This document shows positions 39,181-50,749 of a stretch of DNA of 64,000 bases, piece by piece (the first letter of the stretch is position 1; each line of letters starts with the position of its first letter). Where the stretch lies: assembly GCA_036267355.1 (NCBI GenBank), contig DATAWG010000099.1, positions 90,393 through 154,392 of the forward strand. The letters run 5' to 3'. The stretch comes from Pirellulales bacterium. GTDB taxonomy: Bacteria; Planctomycetota; Planctomycetia; Pirellulales; DATAWG01. The position numbers were made by a program, and so were the translations under genes. The notes under the pieces were generated by a model. That model was not told the DNA's origin and did not search any database. It was given only the letters and a program-made list of their open reading frames with translations.

Positions 39181-39269
39181 GTAGTAGGCACACTCCGTGT
39201 GCCGCCTGCCGTGCTCTGTGCGCAACGTTCCGAGGTGCGCAGACGGCACACGGAGTGTGCCTGCTACGT
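39181..39269. repeat. Family A palindromic element (gtagtaggcacactccgtgtgccgcctgcc...42-bp spacer...gcagacggcacacggagtgtgcctgctacg)
   Basis: About 30-bp perfect arms around the spacer, between the cupin gene and ligA. The same arms occur at 18038, 36052 and 42696. Confidence 0.8.
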
Positions 39270-39294
39270 TGGCCGCGGCTGGGCCGCGATCTAA

Positions 39295-41355
<2,061 letters not shown>

Positions 41356-41457
41356 TGTCCATGCCCCGATGGAGCCGCCGAGACCGAGGTTCGAAAAAAT
41401 AAACCGCGTTCATGAGACGGCGCAAACGTTGACCAGCGATCCGTCGAATTGGCGGCA

Positions 41458-42000
41458 CTATCCCTTTTCCGGGATGTGCAACTTCTTTAATTCGGCGGCC
41501 ACCTGAGAGCCGGCCTTGTCGGTATTGATCTTCTTATCGATGGCCAGAATCTTGCCGTCCTTGCCGATGTAAAAAGTCCAGCGGTTGGCGAAGCCACGCT
41601 CCTTGTTCACCACGCCGTAGGCCTTGGCCGTTTCGCGCGTCGGATCGGCGAGGATCGCATAGTCCTTCACGCCCAGAGATTCGGCAAATTTCGTGTTTTC
41701 CTCCGGAGTGTCGACGCTGGCGGTGAAATACGCCACGTTGAACTTCTTGATCGCATCGCTATCGGCTTGAAACGATTTGCATTCCTTGGTGCAACCGCCG
41801 GTGAATGCCTTGGGAAACCAAGCCAACACGACGGCTTGCTTGCCTTCGAAATCTTTCAGGCTGTGCGTTTTGCCGTCGGAGCCTTTGAGCGAGAAATCGG
41901 GCGCCTGATCGCCGACCTTCAAATCCGCCGCATGCACTTTGGCGCCGCCGAAAATAAAACTCAATCCGACGGCCATGAGACTCGAAAGAACCTTTTTCAC
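41458..42000 (-). CDS. Secreted peroxiredoxin (AhpC/TSA/Bcp thioredoxin-fold family)
   Basis: Signal peptide MKKVLSSLMAVGLSFIFGGAKVHA, a thioredoxin-like fold with peroxidatic Cys context WFPKAFTGGCTKEC, and DFSLKGSDGKTHSLKDFEGK. Confidence 0.85.
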   Translation of the reverse strand: MKKVLSSLMAVGLSFIFGGAKVHAADLKVGDQAPDFSLKGSDGKTHSLKDFEGKQAVVLAWFPKAFTGGCTKECKSFQADSDAIKKFNVAYFTASVDTPEENTKFAESLGVKDYAILADPTRETAKAYGVVNKERGFANRWTFYIGKDGKILAIDKKINTDKAGSQVAAELKKLHIPEKG

Positions 42001-42093
42001 GGCGATGACTCCTGTGAGGGCAAAATTCAGGTGGGAAAGCAGGCGGCAACGAACCGTTAGATTAACACGGCGATAGATGAGATTCCACTCACC

Positions 42094-42564
42094 CTAATAC
42101 TTCAACCCGTTCTTGCGGATGTGGACGAGTGGACGAGCACCGGTTGCGAGCCGCCCCGCGACCACGCGGGCGAGGAAGACGTGGTGGTCGCCCGAGTCGA
42201 TTTTGCCGGCAGGTTCGCATTCCAAAAAGCCCACCACGCCATCGAGAAGCGGCAGCCCGGTGGCGGTTCGCTCCAGCGGCAGGCCGGAAAACGCTTTGCC
42301 CGGAGGCCGTTCGCGGCTGAAATGTCGAACCAGCGAAAGTTGGTCGTCGGCCAACACGTTCAACACAAACGGCGTCCCTGCGGCCAGCCACTCGGCGAGC
42401 CGGCGATCCTTTCGCAGCGCGATCGAAATCATCGGCGGCTCGAAGCCGGCCTGCATCACCCAACTGGCGAGCATGCCATCCTCCTCGTCGCCGCGCCGGG
42501 CCGCTAAAACGAACAATCCGCTGGGCAATCGCCCTAAAACACCGGCAAGCTGAGCAGGACTCAA
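42094..42564 (-). CDS. Flavin reductase-like (FMN-binding split-barrel) domain protein
   Basis: LPSGLFVLAARRGDEEDGMLASWVMQAGFEPPMISIALRKDR...GDHHVFLARVV matches HpaC/RutF-like flavin reductase domains. Co-directional with the peroxiredoxin. Confidence 0.75.
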   Translation of the reverse strand: MSPAQLAGVLGRLPSGLFVLAARRGDEEDGMLASWVMQAGFEPPMISIALRKDRRLAEWLAAGTPFVLNVLADDQLSLVRHFSRERPPGKAFSGLPLERTATGLPLLDGVVGFLECEPAGKIDSGDHHVFLARVVAGRLATGARPLVHIRKNGLKY

Positions 42565-42695
42565 TGGTTATTCCCCTGCTTCAGCGTGCAGCGTGGCACG
42601 CTGAAGCGTGAACTCCAACAAGGATTCAAAAGCCACGTTATACTCGGGCGCTTGACGATTGGACACACGCAACAAAACGACGCCACAGCTCGTAT

Positions 42696-42840
42696 CGTAG
42701 CAGGCACACTCCGTGTGCCGTCCGCCGTGCTCCGTGCTCCGTCCGCCGTGCTTCGTCCGCCGTGCTCCGTGCTTCGTCCGCCATTTATGGCGTGGACCGC
42801 GCCGCGGAGTGCCGACGGCAAACGGCGTGTGCCTCCTACG
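42696..42840. repeat. Family A element with expanded, internally repetitive spacer (cgtagcaggcacactccgtgtgccg + [tccgccgtgctccgtgct]n + degenerate right arm ggcaaacggcgtgtgcctcctacg)
   Basis: The left arm is identical to other copies. The spacer holds 4-5 tandem about 18-bp units (ccgtgctccgtgctccgtccgccgtgcttcgtccgccgtgctccgtgcttcgtccgcc), and the right arm carries mismatches. It lies upstream of the methyltransferase gene. Confidence 0.7.
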
Positions 42841-42954
42841 TTGGCTGCGACCGCGCAAGTGCTTCGTCGGCCTTCCAACGGTCACCGGTTTTCCGTACCC
42901 TGGTGGCTTCATGTCAGGCTGGAAAGCCAGACGTACAACTGCCTGGAATCGATT

Positions 42955-43644
42955 ATGGCCGGCCTGCTGAGCGATTATCGCGTGTTCGTGCGGCAATTTT
43001 TCCGTCGCTATCATACCACCGGCGCGATTTTGCCGAGCGGACGGCGGCTCGCATCGGCACTATGCCATTATGTCGGCGAAAGCGACGGGCTCGCGGGGCG
43101 GCAGATTCTCGAAGTCGGCCCGGGCACCGGGGCCGTCACCGCCCGGCTCGTCGAAGTGCTGCGCCCCGACGACGATCTAACGCTCGTCGAGCTGAACGAC
43201 GAATTTGTCCAGCACCTCCAAACTCGGTTTGCAAGCGAGCCGGGCTTTCGCGCCGTTGCCGGCCGCACGCAGATTATCCATTCCCGGCTCGAAGAATTGG
43301 CCGGCGAACGGCGTTATGACCGGATCATCTCCGGGCTGCCATTGAACAACTTTGCCGCCGCGGAGGTCGAACAAATACTAGGGGTGTTTGGCCGACTGTT
43401 GAAGGCCGGCGGTATCCTCTCGTTCTTCGAATACATCGCGATTCGGCGCGTAAAGGTCGTCATCAGCGGTCGGGCCGAGCGGCAGCGGCTCCGCGAAATC
43501 GGCCGTTTGCTGGGTGATCTGTTCGAGCATCGCCAAATCCGTTGCGATGCCGTTTGGCCAAACGTCACGCCGGCCTGGGTGCATCATGTGCGGTTTGCCG
43601 ATGCGCCGGAGGATGGGGTCGCAATCGGTAGGCCGGCGCGGTAG
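42955..43644 (+). CDS. Class I SAM-dependent methyltransferase (phospholipid N-methyltransferase-like, COG3963-type)
   Basis: ATG 42955 (MAGLLSDYRVFVRQFF...), motif I ILEVGPGTGAVTARL and acidic motif II DLTLVELNDEFV. The track ORF begins 42586 but its first 123 codons read through the family A repeat. Confidence 0.7.
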   Translation: MAGLLSDYRVFVRQFFRRYHTTGAILPSGRRLASALCHYVGESDGLAGRQILEVGPGTGAVTARLVEVLRPDDDLTLVELNDEFVQHLQTRFASEPGFRAVAGRTQIIHSRLEELAGERRYDRIISGLPLNNFAAAEVEQILGVFGRLLKAGGILSFFEYIAIRRVKVVISGRAERQRLREIGRLLGDLFEHRQIRCDAVWPNVTPAWVHHVRFADAPEDGVAIGRPAR

Positions 43645-43853
43645 GAAACGCAGTTCCTGTGGCACGCGCGAAACCGCAAGCGAACCCCGAACTCGACAGG
43701 CATGAAGCTCGCTTGCGGTTTCGCTCGCTCGGCAATCCCTTGCCGGCGCTGCGGGTTCTGGGAGGCTGTTTGGGCTTCGCTTGTCGCGTTCGTGCGGGCT
43801 CCCTATACTGAACAGCGGTGGCAACGGGGCAATCTTTAGGGAGTTTTCCCGGT

Positions 43854-45422
43854 ATGAAAAGTCGCCTTTTGCTCGGGGTGTTGTTGGTTGCCGGGGCCGT
43901 CGCTCCGGCGGCATGGCTTGGGTGGTCGGTGCGTGGGTTTGCCGAAGAACCGGCGAAATCAAGCAACACCGTGGCCATGCACGACGACGGCACGCTCGCC
44001 GAACCGGCGCCCAAAACTCCGGCCCAAGCCGCCTCTGAAAAGCGCGAAGAGCAGGAATTCTTCGAAATGTACAAGGCCCTGGCCGACACGGTCGATCAGG
44101 TCGATCGCAACTATGTCAAAAAGATCGATCGCCGGGAGTTGATGGAGGCCGCGATCAAGGGAGTGCTCAGCAAGCTCGATCCCTATTCCAGCTACATCGG
44201 GCCGGAAGACGCCGGCCGCTTCAAGGATACAGTCGAAAATCAGTTCGGCGGCATCGGTATCCAAATCGTTGCCGAAGATGGGCAAATCAAGGTGCTCAGC
44301 CCGCTGCTCGGCAGCCCGGCATACAAGGCCGGTTTGCAGGCCGGCGATCGAATTCTTAAAATTGGCGGCCAATCGGCCGTCGGCATGCTGCTCGACGATG
44401 CGGTCCATAAGCTCAAAGGCGACGTGGGCACGAGCGTGTCGCTTACCGTGGCGCATGCCATCGGCGGCAAGCAAGAAACCGTCACGGTCAATCGCGAGTT
44501 GATTCATGTCGACACCGTGCTCGGCGATCACCGCAAGAGCGACGACACCTGGGATTTCATGCTCGATCCCGAACGGCGAATCGGCTACATCTGCATCACC
44601 ACTTTCAGCCGCGATACGGCCCAAGACCTTAAGAAGGCGATGATCGAACTCAAGGCCCAAAAGCTCCGCGGCCTGATCCTCGACCTGCGGTTCAATCCCG
44701 GTGGCCTTTTGACCGCCGCGGTCGACACCTGCGATATGTTTCTGAAAGAAGGCCGAATCGTCAGCACCGAAGGGCGCAATTCTCCGAAACGTGTGTGGGA
44801 TGCAACGAAAAAGTCCGACGCCTACAGCGGCTTCCCGATGGTCGTGCTCGTGAACCACTACAGCGCCAGCGCCAGTGAAATCGTTTCGGCCTGTTTGCAA
44901 GACCACCAGCGAGCAATCGTCATCGGCGATCGAACGTGGGGCAAAGGAAGCGTGCAAAACGTCATCGAGCTCGAAGACGGCAAAAGCCTGCTGAAGCTGA
45001 CCACGGCCAGCTACAAGCGGCCCAACGGACACAACATCCATCGGTTTCCGGATTCGAAGGAATCCGACGAATGGGGCGTCATGCCGAATCCCGGCTTCGC
45101 GGTGAAGCTGAGCGAGGAGGAAATGGGCGAACTGCTCGCCGAACGCCGCGAGCGAGACATCTTGCTGCCGCAGAAAAAGGCCAATCCGCCAGACGCCAAT
45201 AACGCCAAGCCGGATGCAAAAACGCAGGCAGCGCACGACGCCAAGAAGCCCGACGCGGGAAAATCCGAAACGGCCAAAGCACACGATCTGAAACCCGATG
45301 CCGGCAAGCCGGAAGCAGCCAAGCCAGAAGCAGCCAAGGCTGACTCGGAAAAACCCGCCAACGATCGTCAGCTTCAAAAGGCAATCGACTATCTCACGAC
45401 GGAACTGGCCAAGACCTCTTGA
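43854..45422 (+). CDS. S41 family C-terminal processing peptidase, paralog of 13923..15293, with Lys/Ala/Pro-rich C-terminal extension
   Basis: ATG 43854 gives MKSRLLLGVLLVAGAVAPAAWLGW (signal). It is collinear with the first paralog (FGGIGIQIV, PDZ GSPAYKAGLQAGDRILKIGGQS, ILDLRFNPGG, SASASEIVSACLQDHQRAIVIGDRTWGKGSVQ, SDEWGVMPNPGFAVKLSEEEMGELL). Tail: KPDAKTQAAHDAKKPDAGKSETAKAHDLKPDAGKPEAAKPEAAKADSEKP. Confidence 0.85.
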   Translation: MKSRLLLGVLLVAGAVAPAAWLGWSVRGFAEEPAKSSNTVAMHDDGTLAEPAPKTPAQAASEKREEQEFFEMYKALADTVDQVDRNYVKKIDRRELMEAAIKGVLSKLDPYSSYIGPEDAGRFKDTVENQFGGIGIQIVAEDGQIKVLSPLLGSPAYKAGLQAGDRILKIGGQSAVGMLLDDAVHKLKGDVGTSVSLTVAHAIGGKQETVTVNRELIHVDTVLGDHRKSDDTWDFMLDPERRIGYICITTFSRDTAQDLKKAMIELKAQKLRGLILDLRFNPGGLLTAAVDTCDMFLKEGRIVSTEGRNSPKRVWDATKKSDAYSGFPMVVLVNHYSASASEIVSACLQDHQRAIVIGDRTWGKGSVQNVIELEDGKSLLKLTTASYKRPNGHNIHRFPDSKESDEWGVMPNPGFAVKLSEEEMGELLAERRERDILLPQKKANPPDANNAKPDAKTQAAHDAKKPDAGKSETAKAHDLKPDAGKPEAAKPEAAKADSEKPANDRQLQKAIDYLTTELAKTS

Positions 45423-45568
45423 GCCGCTTTGCGAGATGTCTGCGACAAAGGCACCGGCGGCTAGCGTCTTGCCCGCTCACGTTGGTTTGATGGCGCGTGA
45501 GCGGCAAGGCGCTAGCCGCAGGTAGACATTTTTACCGCTTGCCCTACGCCGCCCGGATTTCGCCGGCG

Positions 45569-46585
45569 ATGAATATCCTCACGATCGAAACCACCTGCGA
45601 CGAAACCGCCGCGGCCGTCGTCACCGATCAGCTCGCCGTGCTTGGTTCGTCGGTCGCATCGCAGGATGAATTGCACCGGCCGTTCAACGGCGTCGTGCCG
45701 GAAATCGCCTCCCGCGCTCACGTCGAGCGAATTCTCCCGGTGATCGATCGCGCGATGTCGCAAGCGGGGCTAAAGCTCTCGCAACTCGACGCGGTCGCTG
45801 TCGCTCATACGCCCGGTTTGGCCGGTTCGCTATTGGTCGGTCTCTCGGCCGCGAAGGCGCTCGCGGTCGCGCTGCAGATTCCGCTCGTGGCGATCGACCA
45901 TCTGCAGGCCCATGTCTATGCCTGCCGGCTCGCTGCCGGCCGCGACGTTTTTCCGTGCATCGGGCTGATCGTCAGTGGCGGCCATACGAGCTTATATCGC
46001 TGCCTCGGGCCGCTCGATTTCACGTTGCTGGGGGGCACGATTGACGACGCCGCCGGCGAAGCGTTCGACAAAGTGGCCGCTTTGATGGGCCTTGGCTATC
46101 CCGGTGGCCCGGCAATCGAAGCCGCGGCACGCGACGGCAACCCGCGGGCTTTTTCTTTTCCCAGGCCGTTTCTTTCCGACAAGACTCGGCTCGAGTTCAG
46201 CTTTAGCGGATTGAAAACGGCCGTGCGCTATCAAATTCAGCCCCCCGGCGAGGCCCCGCGAGCCGAACCACCGGCGGCCGAGGAGCTGGCCGATCTGGCC
46301 GCCAGTTTTCAGGCGGCCGTGATCGATTGCCTCGCGGGAAAGGCGATGGCCGCGATCGAGCAGAGTGGATTGCGGCGGTTTTGCGTGGGCGGGGGCGTAG
46401 CGGCCAATTCGGCTCTGCGCCGCCGCTTGGAGACAGATTGCCGGCGCCGCGGCGTCGAATTGCACATTCCGCCGCTGGCCCTATGCACCGACAATGCCGT
46501 AATGGGCGCCATTGCAGTCGAACGCCTCAAGGCCGGCCAATTCGCCCCCCTCGATCTCGACGCCTTCCCCGCAGCGGCACGCTAG
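45569..46585 (+). CDS. tsaD: tRNA N6-adenosine threonylcarbamoyltransferase
   Basis: MNILTIETTCDETAAAV, HVERILPVI and SGGVAANSALRRRL, and Kae1/TsaD family length. ATG 45569. Confidence 0.9.
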   Translation: MNILTIETTCDETAAAVVTDQLAVLGSSVASQDELHRPFNGVVPEIASRAHVERILPVIDRAMSQAGLKLSQLDAVAVAHTPGLAGSLLVGLSAAKALAVALQIPLVAIDHLQAHVYACRLAAGRDVFPCIGLIVSGGHTSLYRCLGPLDFTLLGGTIDDAAGEAFDKVAALMGLGYPGGPAIEAAARDGNPRAFSFPRPFLSDKTRLEFSFSGLKTAVRYQIQPPGEAPRAEPPAAEELADLAASFQAAVIDCLAGKAMAAIEQSGLRRFCVGGGVAANSALRRRLETDCRRRGVELHIPPLALCTDNAVMGAIAVERLKAGQFAPLDLDAFPAAAR

Positions 46586-46681
46586 GTGGGCGGGGCGGCC
46601 AATAGAGGGGCACCGAAGAGCAGGCATGTTTCGACACGGGCACGGCGGGCTTTCGGGCCCTGACAAAGGCCCCTCGCTGTC

Positions 46682-48838
46682 TCAATGCCCGATGCGCATT
46701 TCTTCAGGGCGTAGCGAGCCGTTTCCGCTGACGCGGGCTTCGACCGGCGTGGCGGCTGGATGCAGGGCCAAGAGCCGTTCCTGGCAGCGGTAGGCGACGC
46801 CTCCTTCCGGCGGGCGAAGGTGAACATAGGTGCCGTCGGCTTGCAGAATTCGCGCTTTCACGTTGTCGTTCAAATAAGCCGGCACAATCTCGTGCAGAAT
46901 CCGCTCCTTCAACTCCGGCGATTCAATCGGAAACATAACTTCCACGCGGCGATAAAAATTTCGCGGCATCCAATCGGCGCTCGCCAGATAGATCTGGCAA
47001 TCTTCGTCGGGGCCGAAGACATACACCCGGCTGTGCTCCAAAAACCGATCGACAATGCTGCGCACGCGAATGTTGTCGGAAATGCCCGGCAGCCCCGGGC
47101 GCAAGCAGCAGATGCCGCGAGCTACGAGATCGATCGGCACACCCGCCTGGCTCGCCCGATAAAGCGCTTCGATAATGCGGTGGTCCACCACGGCGTTGGT
47201 CTTGGCGAAAATTCGGGCCGGCCTCCCTTCGCGGGCACGATTGGTTTGTTCTTCGATCAATTGCAGCGTGCGGCGCTGCAAATCGGTGGGGGCCACGAAC
47301 AATCGCCGCCATTGATGGCCTTGCGAATAACCGGTGAGCAAGTTGAACAAGGCCGAGGCGTCGGCGGCGATGTCTTCGTCGGCGGTGAACAGGCCAAGAT
47401 CGGTGTAGAGCAGAGCGGTCGAGGGGTTGTAGTTGCCCGTGCTGAGGTGCACATAGCGGCGCAGCAAGTTTCCCTCTTGCCTCACCACCAGCGACACCTT
47501 GCAATGCGTTTTCAAATCCAAAAAGCCGAACACGACGTGAACGCCGGCACGTTCCATTTGCCGCGCCCAGCTCACGTTGTTCGCTTCGTCGAAACGGGCC
47601 TTCAGCTCGACGAGGGCCGTTACATGCTTGCCGTTTTCCGCCGCGGAAATCAGGGCTCGGGTGACCGGCGAATCGCCGCTGGTACGGTAAAGCGTTTGCT
47701 TGATGGCCAGCACGCGCGGATCGTTCGCCGCCCGGCTGATAAAATCGACCACCGGATCGAAACTGTCGTACGGATGATGCAGCAGGATGTCGCGACGGGC
47801 GATCAATGCAAACAAATCGTCGCCGCGGCGCCGCATCCCGCGCGGCAATTGCGGCGAAAACGGCGGATCGCGCAGGGCGTCGAAATTCGGCAGCTTCGTC
47901 AGCTCGACAAGTGCCGTCAGATCCAGCGGGCCAGGAATCCGGTACACCTCGCTATAACCCTCGGGCACACCGTCGCGAATCGATTCTTCGTCGGTGATCA
48001 ATTCGAGCAATTCGTCGCTGCCGCCGGCGGCAATTTCCAATCGCACCGCTTCGCCGCGTTGCCGGGCCTTGAGCCGATCTTCGATCAGCCGCAACATGTC
48101 GTCGGATTCTTGCTCCAACAGTTCGATATCGCTGTCGCGCGTGATGCGAAAGGTTGTCCACGACAGCACGTCGAACCCGCCGAACAACTCCGGCAATCGA
48201 GCCGAGACGGCCTCCTCTAACAAGATAAATTGCTGGCGATCGCCTTGACCCAGCGCCACGAGCCGCGGCAACACCTGCGGCACCTGCACGACCGCAAACA
48301 GTTGCTTCGGACCCAAGCCGCGCCGCCGCTCGAGAATCGCCGCCAGATAGAGCCCGCGGTTGTGATAGCGCGGACTGGGATGCGCCGGATCGACGGCCAT
48401 CGGCGTGAGGATTGGAAAGGCTCGTTCGCGGAAAAACCGATCGAGCGTTTCCAGTTGTACCGGGTCGAGTTCGCTGTGTTTCAAAAGCGTAACGCCGGCT
48501 TGCGCCAGTTGCGGCAGCACAGCGTCGTTCCAGCAGCGATATTGCGCGGCGACAAGTTCTTGCGTCCGCCGGGCGATGCGCTGCAGTTGCGTGATCGGCC
48601 GCATTCCGTCGGGCGCGAAATCTTGTGGAGCGCCGTCGCCAAATGCCTGCTCACGCAAGCCCGCCACGCGCACCATGAAAAACTCGTCCAAGTTCGAGCT
48701 GAAGATCGAGAGGAATTTGACACGCTCCAGCAGCGGGTTGGTCGGGTCTTCTGCCTCTTCCAACACCCGCGCATTGAACTCCAGCCAACTCATCTCGCGA
48801 TTGACAAACTGCTCAGCCTGAAACGTCTGCTCGAACAT
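46682..48838 (-). CDS. ppk: Polyphosphate kinase 1
   Basis: N-terminal MFEQTFQAEQFVNREMSWLEFNARVLEEA, the conserved Ppk1 box VDRFLEHSRVYVFG, two PLD-like HKD regions and about 720 aa length. Minus ATG 48838; the track ORF starts 48889. Confidence 0.9.
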   Translation of the reverse strand: MFEQTFQAEQFVNREMSWLEFNARVLEEAEDPTNPLLERVKFLSIFSSNLDEFFMVRVAGLREQAFGDGAPQDFAPDGMRPITQLQRIARRTQELVAAQYRCWNDAVLPQLAQAGVTLLKHSELDPVQLETLDRFFRERAFPILTPMAVDPAHPSPRYHNRGLYLAAILERRRGLGPKQLFAVVQVPQVLPRLVALGQGDRQQFILLEEAVSARLPELFGGFDVLSWTTFRITRDSDIELLEQESDDMLRLIEDRLKARQRGEAVRLEIAAGGSDELLELITDEESIRDGVPEGYSEVYRIPGPLDLTALVELTKLPNFDALRDPPFSPQLPRGMRRRGDDLFALIARRDILLHHPYDSFDPVVDFISRAANDPRVLAIKQTLYRTSGDSPVTRALISAAENGKHVTALVELKARFDEANNVSWARQMERAGVHVVFGFLDLKTHCKVSLVVRQEGNLLRRYVHLSTGNYNPSTALLYTDLGLFTADEDIAADASALFNLLTGYSQGHQWRRLFVAPTDLQRRTLQLIEEQTNRAREGRPARIFAKTNAVVDHRIIEALYRASQAGVPIDLVARGICCLRPGLPGISDNIRVRSIVDRFLEHSRVYVFGPDEDCQIYLASADWMPRNFYRRVEVMFPIESPELKERILHEIVPAYLNDNVKARILQADGTYVHLRPPEGGVAYRCQERLLALHPAATPVEARVSGNGSLRPEEMRIGH

Positions 48839-49058
48839 TTTCGCATCTCTGAACCATCGAACGTCGAAAACAGGCCGGATTCCATTCACCGGCCAACTGA
48901 ATCATATGGCCAATTTGCCGAAGGCGGAACCCCGTATGCCGCTGCGCGCAATACCGCAACGATGATCTCATCAGAAACTAATACCTCGCTAATCGGCCAC
49001 GCCCAAATGCAACTATTGACATGCCACAAGCCCGGCGAATATATTTGCGTACACGAAT

Positions 49059-49406
49059 ATGAAGATCCGCCCCGCCAGCGACGTCGATCTCATGTTCCGA
49101 GCGTGCTCGGACCGAACCCGATTGCGCATGCTGTCTTTGCTTCGCGGCGGCGAACGTTGCGTTTGCGATTTGGTCGACACGCTCCGCGTGCCGCAGCCAA
49201 AGGCCTCGCGACATCTGGCCTATCTACGTCGGGCGGGGCTGGTTCGATGCCGCAAGGAAGGCCTCTGGAGCTATTACTGCCTGGCGCCGGCGAAGACCTC
49301 CTTCCACGCCAAGTTGTTGGATTGCCTGAGCTGTTGTTTCGAAGACGTGCCCGAGCGGACCGATGCCGCCCGGCGCTTGGCCGCGCGCGGAAGCCGTTGC
49401 CCATGA
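49059..49406 (+). CDS. arsR: ArsR/SmtB family metalloregulator (arsenic-responsive repressor)
   Basis: DLMFRACSDRTRLRMLSLL...ERCVCDLVDTLRVPQPKASRHLAYLRRAGLV: a winged HTH with the ELCVCDL-type As(III)-binding Cys pair. Overlaps the start of the downstream channel-ArsC gene (operon). Confidence 0.8.
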   Translation: MKIRPASDVDLMFRACSDRTRLRMLSLLRGGERCVCDLVDTLRVPQPKASRHLAYLRRAGLVRCRKEGLWSYYCLAPAKTSFHAKLLDCLSCCFEDVPERTDAARRLAARGSRCP

Positions 49407-49437
49407 ATTTTTTTCTCCATTCGATTTGCCTCAGCGC

Positions 49438-50580
49438 ATGAAAATCCACGCAGCGGAGGCAATCGGCACATTCGCGCTTGTTTTCGCCGGCACGGGCGCG
49501 GTTGTCGTCGACGAACGGACGGGCGGGCAGGTGACTCATGTCGGCGTCGCCTTGACGTTTGGCCTGGTGGTGATGGCGATGATTTACGCCGTCGGCGACA
49601 TTTCCGGCGCCCATCTCAACCCGGCCGTGACTCTCGGATTCTGGTTCGCTCGGCGGCTACCGGGCCGGGCGGTTGCTGCTTATATTCTCAGCCAAGTGAG
49701 CGGCGCATTGGTCGCGAGCGCGTCGTTGCGGGCGATGTTCGGTGCGGGAGACCTCGGCGCGACACTTCCCGCCGGGTCGGTGTGGCAAAGTTTTTTTCTG
49801 GAATTGCTGCTGACGGCTCTGTTGATGTTCGTGATTCTTCGCGTCTCTTCGGGCCCGAAGGAAAAGGGATTGCTGGCGGGCGTTGCGGTCGGCGGCGTCA
49901 TCGCATTTGAGGCTCTCTTCGGTGGACCGATTTCCGGGGCATCGATGAACCCGGCCCGTTCGCTCGCGCCGGCGATCGTGGGTGGTTCTATCAAGGATTT
50001 GTGGGTGTATCTCACCGCGCCGCCGCTTGGCGCGCTGCTCGCCGTCGTGGCATTTTACTGCGTAGGGAGCGCCGACGAACGCAATGCGGCCGGCTCCGAC
50101 TTTGCAAAATCTTCCGTCAGATCCGCCAATCAGGGTGGCTCAATGCAACGCGTCGTGTTTGTCTGCATCGAAAATTCCAATCGTAGCCAAATGGCCGAAG
50201 CCTTCGCACGAATGCTCGGCGGCGTGGAGGCATTTAGCGCGGGATCGCGGCCGTCGGGCCAGGTTAGTCCGAAGGCCATCGCCGCGATGAACGAGCTTGG
50301 CTACGACCTTTCGACGCACCACTCCAAATCGCTTGCCGATCTGCCAGATCTGCCGTTTGATGTCGCCGTCACGATGGGTTGCGGCGACGCTTGTCCGAAT
50401 TTGAAAGCGATGCGGCGCGAGGACTGGAAGATCCCCAATCCCAATGAGCTGTCGCCCGAGCAATTTCGCACGATCCGCGATTTAATCGCCGGTAAGGTCA
50501 ATAAGCTGATTTTCGATCTGCGAAAATCGGATTGCGGGCATTCGCAATGCCCGAGTATACCGGCTAACGAAATGGCATAA
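49438..50580 (+). CDS. Aquaglyceroporin (MIP family) fused to C-terminal LMW-PTP-type arsenate reductase ArsC (channel-enzyme fusion)
   Basis: ATG 49438 (MKIHAAEAIGTFALVFAGTGAV). Two NPA boxes (SGAHLNPAVTLG and GASMNPARSLAP) and six TM helices, then a linker and VVFVCIENSNRSQMAEA (CX5R P-loop of low-molecular-weight phosphatase/ArsC) with downstream redox Cys (CGDAC). Confidence 0.8.
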   Translation: MKIHAAEAIGTFALVFAGTGAVVVDERTGGQVTHVGVALTFGLVVMAMIYAVGDISGAHLNPAVTLGFWFARRLPGRAVAAYILSQVSGALVASASLRAMFGAGDLGATLPAGSVWQSFFLELLLTALLMFVILRVSSGPKEKGLLAGVAVGGVIAFEALFGGPISGASMNPARSLAPAIVGGSIKDLWVYLTAPPLGALLAVVAFYCVGSADERNAAGSDFAKSSVRSANQGGSMQRVVFVCIENSNRSQMAEAFARMLGGVEAFSAGSRPSGQVSPKAIAAMNELGYDLSTHHSKSLADLPDLPFDVAVTMGCGDACPNLKAMRREDWKIPNPNELSPEQFRTIRDLIAGKVNKLIFDLRKSDCGHSQCPSIPANEMA

Positions 50581-50749
50581 GCGGCGGCACGATGACCTCA
50601 GGCGCAGACGCAAGCGTGCCGCCGCGTCTGTCGGGCCATCTGCGGCCGGAACAGCCGATAATCTAATGTTGGGCCGTTTGACGCGACTGGCTATAATCCG
50701 GCCGCTATCAGCCGGGTGGCCGATGCGCTTTTGGCTCCGAGGAGAGAGT

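Noticed and set aside
43959-45377. 472-aa minus ORF antisense to the second S41 peptidase
   Set aside because: Same reasoning; antisense shadow ORF in GC-rich coding DNA.
46760-48220. 486-aa plus ORF antisense to ppk1
   Set aside because: Shadow ORF; Ppk1 motifs on the minus strand are decisive.
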